From positions 1 to 47,028 of the forward strand of contig LWCA01000151.1 in assembly GCA_001642005.1 (NCBI GenBank): a stretch of DNA of 47,028 nt, in the 5' to 3' direction. This stretch comes from Intoshia linei (lineage: Eukaryota; Animalia; Orthonectida). The stretch's first letter is position 1; every line of letters starts with the position of its first letter. A model generated the notes under the pieces. It was not told the DNA's origin. It did not search any database and saw only the letters and a list, made by a program, of their open reading frames with translations. Shown here piece after piece: positions 26,501 through 37,400 of the stretch. The translations under genes were made by a program, and so were the position numbers.

Positions 26501-28614
26501 TATTCTACCACCAGTTTTAGAATTTTATCATTTTTATTCAAAATTTAGTCCAAAATGAACGGGAAAAATAAGGAAATGTCTAAAAATGATAAGGTATGTT
26601 ATGTCGATAAATATTATAATATTTATTGTTATCTTATACATAAATTTATAAATACGTAGTCTCAAACTTAAACTATATCATATTTATTTCAAAATTAAGT
26701 TTTTTTAAAATATATTTTTAAATATTATAATGAACGGTGTCATTTGTATTATTTAAATCTACGTAGTATATGATAGTAGGATAAAAAGTTTTGTTTCAAA
26801 CGTTCGACATCCCTATTATAATAAAACTAGCTGGGCTAGTTTGTACTACGTACAAAAAGCACCTAGATCTGCCGAGGACTTATATAATTATATAATTAAT
26901 TAATCTAATTAGGACTTATTATTTAATCTAAAAAAATAAATTCAATAATAAATTCTTAATTAAAAATGCTACTCATTATTAATAATCATTTAAAGAAGTG
27001 ATTCCTAAACTTGAATATCACATTACCTTTTAATTAAAAATGAATAATTCCCATTTAATTTTAAATGGTTAGCAATTTTGTATAGAACTTTAAAACAATT
27101 TTGTGATCCCATTATTTAAATTATTAGAGATTATGAGTGTATAATAGGGGTGTGATTTTTTATACTTTTTTTCTTCTTTTCACGATTATTATAAAACTAT
27201 CACACGCAACTTTTACAGTATTTGGAACTAATTTATAAAATTTTGGAACACCCCTAGTGTATAATCTTTAAAGTAAAACCAAAATAATAAATCCTAAAAA
27301 TTGTCAAAATAGCTTTAATTCTATAAAAAAATACTAATTTTTTATTAATAATTAATGGAAGCAGCAGTTTAAAAACATATTTCGGATGAATTTTACCAAC
27401 ATTGCAAAGCATTGTAATAAATACAAAAATCAAAAATTTCGTAACAATGAAAAAAATCCGAAGGAATGAATTATATAGATTTTCATTAATATTACTTTAT
27501 TGGAAATATGTAGACTTTTAATTTACTTTTTTTTAAAATTGTAGGATCAATATATAAATTTTCTATTTTTAAATTAATCGAAATATTTGAAAAATATTGG
27601 TTGATAATATATTAAAAATTATTTTTCACCCGGGAATGCGTAGATTCCTGGGATTGAAATTTTGTATTTATATCAACTGGAATAAGCTCTATAAGAATAA
27701 TTTTTTTTTAAATTTTCGGACAGTTAATTAATTATTTCACATTTTTTATTTTAATACAATAGTTTCGAAATAAAAAATATGAATACCAATATGTACTAAA
27801 GTGCTTTTTTGATCGTGAAGGCGTTACTTAATCAGATTGAAATTTTTTTGGTGTGTTAGCACGATACAACTGTACCATCTGTAATTTTTTTTTAAATTCT
27901 AGGGTTGTTTTCAATTTAAAAAAAAAAGGTAATTTGTGGTTTTGGCCCTGAAGATATATTTTTTTATAAATTTAAATTTATGATAATATTTATGATTTTA
28001 AAATCCGTATCAGAGTGTATATTTTTTTAAATTTTCGAACTCGTTTGATTTTCAAAAAAAAGGTAATTGGGTTTTTGACCAGTAAAATGTAAAGTTCGGA
28101 GGTTGAATTATATCATACTTTTACCCCTGAAGAAACTGTAATAGTAATGTGGAGTTTATAAAATTCTAAGACTCGTAGTTATTGAAATAAACGATAACAC
28201 GCACACAAACAAACAAAGCGTTTTATATAAGTAAGGATAAGGTAATAATAAGAGTAAGGATATTAATAATTATTATTATTTGATTAACATTTTATGTACA
28301 TTTGTATATTTAATTTTATAAAAAAATTTAGAAGGATGTTACGTTATCGTCAAAAATTCTAGAAAAAGTTTATCTCAATTTTATAGACCCAATTATGACG
28401 ATATCTCAATTTAACGACTATGTATTTTATGATATTGAATTGATTAATGTAATTTCATCTTTATTAATAATCCGGTTAAATATAGGATCGAATATCATTA
28501 ATCAAAAAAGTTGAAGCAGTTAAAATTTTTGCGTCCAAGTACGTTATTCCTAATGTGAAATATAATGGACTAAATATTAAAAGATTTGGATACAATTTAT
28601 TTGATACAGATTGA
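17562..28614 (+). CDS. NPHP1: Nephrocystin-1-like ciliary transition-zone protein
   Basis: Ordered exons match recalled NPHP1 C-terminal blocks: TIPIGHCASIL, HYLKSKFSPSGIYFNDLKFD, IKQIPTKIERILQIQ, GEVYIRCDQVESNIGVLIEF, VSCGYAYLPLFEKSG, CLPVNIIGS, FPRILDQHDLCDLIR, VYLNFIDPI. Glu/Thr/Ser-rich N-terminal exons; start and N-terminal model uncertain. Confidence 0.8.
18940..19030 (+). repeat. Coding hexamer repeat (GAAACT)n encoding (ET)n
   Basis: GAAACTGAAACT... within ORF 18900-19259. Confidence 0.9.
19490..19807. mobile_element. hAT-like MITE
   Basis: Perfect TSD CTCTAGGA (19482-19489 and 19808-19815); ends TAGCGTTTTTCA / TAGAAACACTG. Confidence 0.85.
21019..21361 (+). mobile_element. MITE family B
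   Basis: Perfect TSD GTTTCTAC; family core; internal (ATGAAT)n-like expansion. Confidence 0.85.
21660..21780 (+). repeat. ~30-bp minisatellite (GGTAAAACTAGATTTTTCCTTAAG-like)
   Basis: About 4 tandem units; related arrays at ~32850-33050 and ~43095-43700. Confidence 0.8.
22027..22312 (+). mobile_element. MITE family B
   Basis: CACTGCTGAACCTACCGTACC ... GTATGTTCAGCTCT termini. Confidence 0.8.
24675..24942 (-). mobile_element. MITE family B, reverse orientation
   Basis: GTACGGTAGGTTTAGTTCTG right end and AAGCTCGAGGTTATCCGAAAA near left end; left boundary approximate. Confidence 0.7.
25520..25695. mobile_element. hAT-like MITE (degenerate)
   Basis: CAGTGGTTCTT ... CAGTTAAAGAAACAC ends; TSD unclear. 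Confidence 0.5.
26221..26325 (+). mobile_element. MITE family B, internally deleted
   Basis: CAGAGCCAAATTTAC start, GAGGTTGCTAGGGGCTA core, flanks TATATCAC / TATATCAT. Confidence 0.7.
26827..28237 (-). mobile_element. Non-autonomous Helitron, complete long copy (in NPHP1 intron)
   Basis: Minus strand A|TCCTTACTTATATAAAA ... TTTGTACGTAGTACAAA hairpin ... CTAG|T: TC start, CTAG end, A|T target, no TSD. Confidence 0.9.
27145..27256. mobile_element. 112-bp hAT-like MITE nested in Helitron
   Basis: TIR TAGGGGTGT / ACACCCCTA; perfect TSD GTGTATAA. Confidence 0.9.
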
Positions 28615-29033
28615 TTTTGTGATAATTAAATAAACATTTTTATTTTTTTGTTACACAAATTTTCCGTTATACTTTAATATTACAGACACCATCATAAAAT
28701 TGAATATTATAATGATACAATTGGTTGAATATTATCAATGTAATAAATCGGTTAAATAACATTTTTTATTGGTTGATGTGAAAATACTCCATAATGAACA
28801 ACCTACATAGAAAAAGGTAAATTATTTTACCAAAATCTTTATGAAACTTTATTTGGAATAATATCCAAATTGGATAATCCCATAAAAAATCCTCTTTTAA
28901 ACGTACAAACCATACACGGCATATTGATAACCGTAACCATGCCGCATAATAATAAAATCGCATAAAATGAAGCATACTTCCCGTATGAAAATCATATAAT
29001 TTTAAAGAAATTAAAATTTAAGTGCATCATAAT

Positions 29034-29290
29034 CAGTGTCGAAGCTACCGTACCCGAGACCCCTCTTCGGCGTGCTTCGACGAAATTTTTGTATAATAAT
29101 GGCATCATTTTTCCAAATTGTGCATTACAAAAATAATATTCTTGAATAACAACTATTTTGATAGTTAAATTTAAAATATCACGTCAAAAGCCTTAGAGAG
29201 GTCGTTAGAGGCAATATGACACTATTCATAGTTTGTGAAAAAAAATTTAGAGACAATTTTTCGTCTTCGAGCTTAATAGGTTCGTATCTG
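29034..29290 (+). mobile_element. MITE family B
   Basis: CAGTGTCGAAGCTAC / TAGGTTCGTATCTG ends; flanks ATCATAAT / GTCATAAT. Confidence 0.85.
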
Positions 29291-29428
29291 GTCATAATAT
29301 AAAAAATTCCTAAAAAGTAAATTTTTTAATCTTAGGTGAAAACTATGGTTACACGATAAACTTTAATTTATAATTTGCGCCAATATGATTTTAAAATACA
29401 CAACCACTATTATTTAAAAATATAAATA

Positions 29429-31851
29429 ATGAAGATAAATATACCTCAAATACTTTGGCACGAGAGCAGACCCTTATATTCAATCGATTTTCAAAATAGA
29501 GCAAATAATGACTTCCAAAGAATGGCTACATGCAGCAATGATAACAATATTCGTGTTATTTTTTTATTCATCATTTATATTTCGATATCCTAAATTCGGA
29601 TTACACATTTGTATTTTTTATTTTCTATGACGCCCACCATTGAAGTAACATCAATTGAAGAAATTGATGTTTTCATTTTTTAATCAAGGGTAGTGTACAG
29701 CAGTGCCGACCCGTGTTCCCTCTGTTTGACTTTTTGACGAGTATTTTGTGTTTAATTTAAAATGTCAACGGTAGAGTCTTAGAGAGGTTGCTAGCGGCTA
29801 TATGACACTACGCTTCGTTTATGAAATTTTTGTAGGGTCTATTATTCATTTTCGGTGATCTCGAACTTGGTTGATTCTGTTCTTGTAAACAGTATTCCTA
29901 GCTTTATGGTTGACCTAACTAACTTTTATCGTTTTTTAATGAATTCGGTCAATCTGAACGAAATCCACTACAAATATCATACAATAAACTTTTAAATAAG
30001 AGATACATTTTTTAGGTAGTTCATTTAGAAATATCAGAAATGTGATGCGTTTTTTAAATAATTGAAATAGTAGACTTAAACAATTGTTTTTAGATTTGGG
30101 AACTTGGTGAAAATAACCATGGAAATGTAAAGGTTGAATTTGTTTCTAACCTATCCAGACATACGCGAACAGTTAACATTGCCCGTTTTGCACATAATGG
30201 TAATTAATAAATTTGAATGGTATAATTACATAACTTTTAGGAAATGTATTGGCTTCTGGAAGTGACGGTGTCCTATAATTATTTTAGTTTATAAAATTTG
30301 TAGATAATTTTATTTTTATTTGGAAATTGAACCCAAATGTGAAAAAAACTGAAAACAACTTTGAAGACGTAGATAACCAATGGAATCGAGAAACGTGGAC
30401 AGTTATAAAAAATTTGAGGTACTGTTAATTTTAATCTCTATTCAATATTTTATTAGAGGTCATTTTGAAGACATAATTGATCTGTGTTGGTCATTTGATG
30501 ATTTATACATTTCATCCGGATCAATTGACAATACGGCAGTTTTATGGAATGTTGATAAATGTATATATAATTGATTAGTATACAACTCAATTGTAGCATG
30601 TCGAATCTGTTTTTTCCCGGACCATACCAGCTACGTTCAAGGAGTAGCTTTAAATCCAAAAATAAAGATTTTAGCGACCATGAGTTCTGATCGATGTTTG
30701 AGGATTTACAATATTAACGATAAGTCTTGCGCTCATAAAATCAACAAATCAAATTTAATTGGACAAGATGGACAAAAACATTTCTTGTTTGAAGATGATT
30801 CACTTGGCACTTTTTTTCGGCGTCTCGCTTTTAGTCCAGATGGAAAATTACTTGTTGTGCCATCTGGTCGTTATTATCTTGAAGACAAACAAGTTGCATA
30901 TACCACTTATGTTTTTGTTGCTCCCAAATTTTCAGAGTAATATTATAACAATTTTAAATACATATTTATTTCTTAGGCCAGTGTTGTCTCTTGAAGGTAT
31001 TTGTCATCCCAGTATTTCTGTTCGATTCAATCCTTGTAAATATACTTTGTTGGGTAATTTTGATTTATTTGTTTTTACATGATTTATTGTTTAGATATCG
31101 AAGACAATATATTAAAGTATTTTTTGAAGTTTAAATTTTTATAATTCTAATTAGCCTTAATTATCGAATGATTTTTGCCGTTTCATCAAAAAATACTATA
31201 TTAATTTATGACACCCAACACACTTCACCGATTGGAGCCATTAAAGACACTCATTATCAACGAATTAATGATATTTCTTGGTAAGTTTTGTTTTTTTTTA
31301 GAAATATAATTTAGGTCGAATTGTGGTAGATTGCTGGGAGTTTGTTCTACAGATGGGTATTGTACAATTGCTCAATTCAAAGAAGATGAATTTGGAATTG
31401 TATACGAAGAAAAAACGAATGACGACAGCATTGTAGAAGAAATGTGTAGTAAAGACGAGGTTTGTCAGTATTTTTTCATTTTTAACTTTTTTAGATGGAA
31501 TTATCAATAGAGAAAGATTTGGAAAAAGAAGAAATACGGTAAATATATATTTAATTAAATTGTTGATGTAATTTTATTTTAGAGACGATTCAAAAATTTT
31601 AAATACTAGGAGAATTCAAACAAAATTAATTTCTAAAAGTTTTATAAATAATGACTCAAAATTTACTCAAGAAACTGAAAAAATATCAAACTTTTGGAAA
31701 TTAAAATTAAATTGTAAAAATGAAGCAAAAAAGTAACATTAATTTAAATATTAAAATAATTTATGCTAGAAATGAATCCACCCCAGATACCATGCAAAAA
31801 ACAAACGTGAAATCGCGTAGAGTACAATTATCATCAGTGCCTGATGATTAA
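29429..31851 (+). CDS. CHAF1B: Chromatin assembly factor 1 subunit B (p60/Cac2), WD40
   Basis: MKINIPQILWHESRPLYSIDFQ, VEFVSNLSRHTRTVNIARF, GHFEDIIDLCW, HTSYVQGVA, LFEDDSLGTFFRRLAFSPDG, NYRMIFAV, HYQRINDISW; last intron 31733-31769 gives terminal exon ...KSRRVQLSSVPDD*. Confidence 0.95.
29701..29884 (+). mobile_element. MITE family B in CHAF1B intron 1
   Basis: CAGTGCCGACC start, TTAGAGAGGTTGCTAGCGGCTATATGACACTA core, flanks GTGTACAG / GTAAACAG. Confidence 0.75.
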
Positions 31852-31935
31852 GATTAAATTATTTTATATTAAATAAATGTATGCTTTATTTGCCATATAT
31901 TTACACCAAAATCACACATACATTTCTGTGGAATT

Positions 31936-34195
31936 TTAAAACAGTAGTGATGACATACTGCCACTATCTGCTTGTTCTTTAAGGAAAGATTCATAATATT
32001 GATATATAATTGTCACTGCTAGCAAGATACCAGTACCGCTACCTATTGCTCCAATAAAATCAGCAGTTACTGATAGGGCTCCAATGCATAGACCTCCGAA
32101 TGCTGCAGCAGTCGGTATGTACCTATTCAATTCTTTTTCTAATGAATGTTTTCTATGTCCTCGCATCATCATATTTTGGTCTTCTAGCTGTTTTGCCACC
32201 TAATATTGAGTTTAAAATGTCTAATATAAAAATACATCTTTGGCGCTCGTTCCAGAAACTTCAATCCACATTTTTGAAAATAGAGCGCATGACGCCAACA
32301 TAAATGTAATGTAAAGAATAAAATGTAGAGGGTCCGTGAATATGTCATATATAGAATATGGCGGTGACATGTAATAACACAATCCACTTATTGGAAAAGA
32401 TCTAGCATAACCACCAGCTGAATCTGTCTAAAAATTAAATTTATTTATAATTATTTTAAAATACCGTCCAAATTCCAAACAAATCGATTATAATGTTTCC
32501 GGCGAATTTGGTCGCTAGCATTTGAGAAATAAAAAATAGATTTGAAACTAAAGTAGATTGCAGAATAATCGGCATGTTTGATGTATAAAATAGCTTGATC
32601 GGATATGAACTGTGTTGCCCTCGATAACGTGAAGATTTTATAGGAAAATCTACACGGAAACCCTAAAAATAAATTATTTTATGCTGTCCTTTATAAATAT
32701 TGCATTTTACAAACACAATTGTACGCAAATGAAAAATAATATTTACGTTAGATTCACTTTGACGAAATTTTTATATAAGAATTAATCAGTTAAATCGTAG
32801 TATGATTAAAAATATTCCACTTTAAAAAATTTTAATTTGTCAAGTATTAATAGGTAAAAGTGGAATTTTCCCTAAAAAGTTCGTTAAACGGGATTTTTCT
32901 TTTTAAAGTTGGTAAAACTAGAATTTTTCCAAAAGAGTTGGTATAAGTAGATTTTTCATTTTAGGATTGGTAAAACTTAATTTTTCGTTTTAGGGATGGT
33001 AAAACTAGATTTTTAGTAAAAATAGTTTGATATTTAAAATTTTAGTAAAAATTTATATATAAATCATACCATTTTTTGAAATTTATGAATGATTCATATA
33101 TGAATCATTGAATGTGAAACCCATAATTAACTTTAAACTAATTTACTAAGCAACATAAAATGCGTGGGAAATTTTTTGGGCTGACAGAAAGGTTGATGTA
33201 ATTTAAATAAGCATACTTGGAGATAGACAACGATCCCAAAAACTAAAACAGTAGCAGAAATATTCATTAGATTTGGCAAACTTTTACGGAAAAAAGCTTC
33301 CTTTAGAGCCACTACTTTATTACTTCGAGTTGCCAACAGGTGAAAAAGTGCAATAAGGGCTCCTTCAAATTCAGTACCTAAAAGGAAATTAATAATCATA
33401 ACTATTTAATACGGAAATAAAAACCTTTTCCGCTTTTTATAGTCGTAGGACTCAGCGATTGCCACACGATAGTTTCACATACATTAGTTGCAATAAACAG
33501 CGAAATTCCGGATCCAATTCCGTAACCTTGTTGTAAAAGTTCATCAAGCATGAGAACAATGATTCCAGAAATCAAAAGTTGAATAACTATAACTGAGCAA
33601 ATTCCCATTCCAATGTCAGCTGGATCACCATAAACTCCACTTGCAACATAAACGATAGCTTGTCCGAAAGTGATAATCATTCCAAAAACTAAAATTCACT
33701 ATAAACCCCGTTCCAAAATGTAAACGTTTTTGAGCTCCATTCATTAACGCGCGATCTTTAGGAGAATCGCCAACTTCAATCAATTTGGCTCCAGTAAGCA
33801 ATTGGATAACTAACGAGGAAGTAACAATAGGTGAAATTCCCAATTCCATTAAAGTTCCTAAATTCCTAATTAACACGAACCATACAATTTATTGCATTTA
33901 AATTTAATTTCAATGGAAAAAAAGTCAAATAGTACCTCTATTAGAAGCCAAAATTACACGCATCCAGTATAGGGGGTCCGCTGAATCCGAAGACATTATT
34001 CCATACAATGGAACCTGACAACACGCCAAAAAAATGAACAGAGTTAAACCAGTCCAAATGATTTTTTCATTGAATTGGATTTTTCTATCAGGCTTTTGAA
34101 TATCTGGTATAATTGTACAAAATGGCTTAACAAACTCGAGTAATTTAACTAAAAATTATTTACATATATACTAATTTTATAATCCTACTTCCCAT
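31936..34195 (-). CDS. SEC61A: Protein transport protein Sec61 subunit alpha
   Basis: [68 protein letters not shown]; 7-nt first coding exon ATGGGAA. Confidence 0.98.
32850..33050 (+). repeat. ~30-bp minisatellite in SEC61A intron
   Basis: About 6-7 units of GGTAAAACTAGATTTTTC-like sequence. Confidence 0.8.
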
Positions 34196-34421
34196 CCCGA
34201 TTTTCTAAATATATTTCCAATGTGCCGTGTTGAATGTAAACACAAAATGTGACGTGGCAACTTATCTATAGAAATAAATATTCAAATCTTCACATTGTTT
34301 CATTCTCTAAAATTGTTCTAAAATTCTGATAGTACATATTGTATTAGTAAATTTTAGTCTGCATGTGTTTTGCTTGATTGATTGTATGATCAAAAATAAG
34401 TAAATGTTTAATTACATTTAG

Positions 34422-37400
34422 TTAATTTATGATTTCGGATATTTCGTTCCAATCTATCATGTTACAACTTGAAACTGATTCATATTCATAATTTATTTTT
34501 TTTGATAATTTATCTTTTCGTGAGTGTTTAAATGTGTTCAATTTTTCAGTTTTGTCTTTTTTGTTATATTTTGATTCTATACAATTATAATTATAGATTT
34601 AATCAAGAAAATTAATACCATTATTTTGTAATTTCCGCAGCATTTCTCCATATGTTATAGTCTTTCTTATTGATTCTATAAAATAAATAAACGAATAGTT
34701 ACATTTTATAATTTTACTTTGACCAGGTTTAGGACGGATTTGTATATGGATATCTTGTTGCACTATTTTATAAGTTTTATTTTCATTGTTCGAAATTGTA
34801 CTTTCGATTTGAGGTATATCTTTTAAAGTGCTTCTTGTAGAGCTTAAAGTTTGATGGGAACTTTTTTTCGAAATATATAATGAACTTTCCTATAGTGAAT
34901 GGTTAAATTGTTATAGATAATTATTAATTCTACCATCTCATCAGTCAAGTGAACGTTTCTAAATGCAAATTTTAAAAAAATTGAAAAATTTATAAAATTT
35001 TATTTTTATTTTTAACGATAGTAGAATTATACCCTGCATCGTATCCAAATTGTTGTAAGCATTCGGTTAATTTTTTATCGATGTTTATGGAGGTTTGATC
35101 AATGTCTTTTAATTGGTCGTCAATTTCGTCCAATTTGGATCTATTATTATTATTATACATGTATTTCATTTTTAGAGTTCTAAACAAGTTAGATTAGGGC
35201 CGTCTTTTAACCCTTTCACTGTCTGTGTATTCTATATTATACACAGCAATTTCACTTTACACGTCTGTGTATTCTATGATATACACAGCATAATTTTGAA
35301 AAAATTTATTATTTTATTTTCATACATATTCACATTTAAAAATAATACAAGTTTAAATTAAAACAAATTCCAGACGTGTGGTGATAGTACATAAAATTGC
35401 ATCAGACAGTGAAAGGATTAATAAAACAGAACTTATTTCTGCTGAGGGCGGACTTTTTTAATTATAGCAAAAAAATAAATTGAATAATAAAATGTTACTT
35501 ACTGTTGCTGTTAAAAATGCTACTATTCACTATTATTAATTCTTTCAAGGAGTGGTCTCAAACTTTTTTCACCACAGACCCGTTATTTCACATTATCTTT
35601 TAATTTAAACTGAATTAATCCCATTTAATTTTATTTTGTTAACTGGATATAACTATCAATTATAATTTTTTTTAAAATGATAGGATTATTTTCATTTTTT
35701 AAAGAAAGGGTAATCTGGGATTTTGATAGTGAAAATTAACTTTTCTGGGTTTGCAATTTATGATAATGTTTATGATTTTAAAACCTATCCTACAATTTAT
35801 ATTGTAGAAAATTATATGATTTTTTTCATTTTTACAAAAAAATGTAATTTGTGGTTTTGGACGCGAAGATATATGAATTTAAAATTGAAATTTATCGTCA
35901 TGTTTATATTTTAAAATATTTATCATATTGTGTATTTTTTATAATTCTAGGACTTGTTTGAATTTTAAAATAAATGATCATTGGGGTTTTTGACATTGAA
36001 GAACTCAATTTCTGAAAATTAAATTTGCGATAAAAAATGACTCGAAAAACTGTAATAGAAATATGCAATTTTTAAAACTCGACTCCTCGTACGTCTAAAT
36101 AAACTGAAACAAACAAATAGACGAATAAATAAACAGACATACAGCCTAACTTATATATTAATAATATGCTACGCGATTTTTGTTTATCTTGTGTGTTCAA
36201 CTTTAGTTAAATAACTACGCGTATTTTAATAGAATTTTTAATCTTAAAATTAGAATTTAAAATCTTAGAATTTTTTAAAGACCACATTTCAATTACAATT
36301 TTTTTCGGAACGTATATTAAACTAAATTTCAACCTCCTAATTTCACATCTTATAGATCAAAAATACCAGTTGTCCTTTTTTTGAAAATCAAACTAGTTGG
36401 AAAATTTAAAAAAATATATACGCTGATACGGATTTTAAAATCATCATACCATACCATAAATTTAAATTTAAAAAAATTTTATTAATATTAAATAAAAATG
36501 TTGGATTAAAATAAAAATTGAAAATGTAAATATTGATCCTACAATTTCAAAAAAAAGTGCAATTTACCGTCTACACATTTCCAATAAAGACATATGAGTG
36601 AAAATCTATATAATTCATTCCTTCGCAATTTTTAAATTTCAATTTCTCATTTTTAAAATATTTTAAATAAAATTTAAATAGAAACTAAACAACGAAGCTA
36701 AAACAACTTTGTTAATATCATTTTTATATTTATTACAATCCTTTGCAATTTTGGTAAAATTCGACTAAAATACGTTTATAAAGTAAAGATTCGGTTATTA
36801 ATTAATTAAGTTAATTATTGATACATAATTGGTATTATGAATTATTTATTAAATTGGTACTGAATATATATCATCTGTGATAAATTGTTATTTTTTTATG
36901 AATTAACTACGTAGTACATTATTACTTAATTCTTCTTTTAATAATTGATTTATAACTTCTAGTCCAGTGGTGCACAACTTGCGGCCGCACGGCCGCATTC
37001 TGCCTTAGAGCGTTTATTTGCGGTCGTGGCAATCCATGTGATCATAATGAAATTTATCATGTTACATCAAATTGAAAAGTTTAAATCAGATTTTAATCAA
37101 GGACTATTCAATGTTATTTATTATTTTTACCAAAAAGTTACATTTTAGACGTTACCCATTTTCTCAAAATGGATTTAAACTTTATCAGTGTCAAAGTAAA
37201 TTTTGTGCGGCGTAGTATCAATGGGTAAAGTAGGTTTGATGCTGACTTAATGGAAAGGTTGTGCACCCTGTTCTAGTCGATTACTTTCAATACCTAATGC
37301 GCCGGGCCGTACTGTTAGCACGGATAATCTAATTAAAAATCAATTATTGAATTTCAATACCTATTAATATTGTGAAGTGTATTTTTGGGTAAATCTATAG

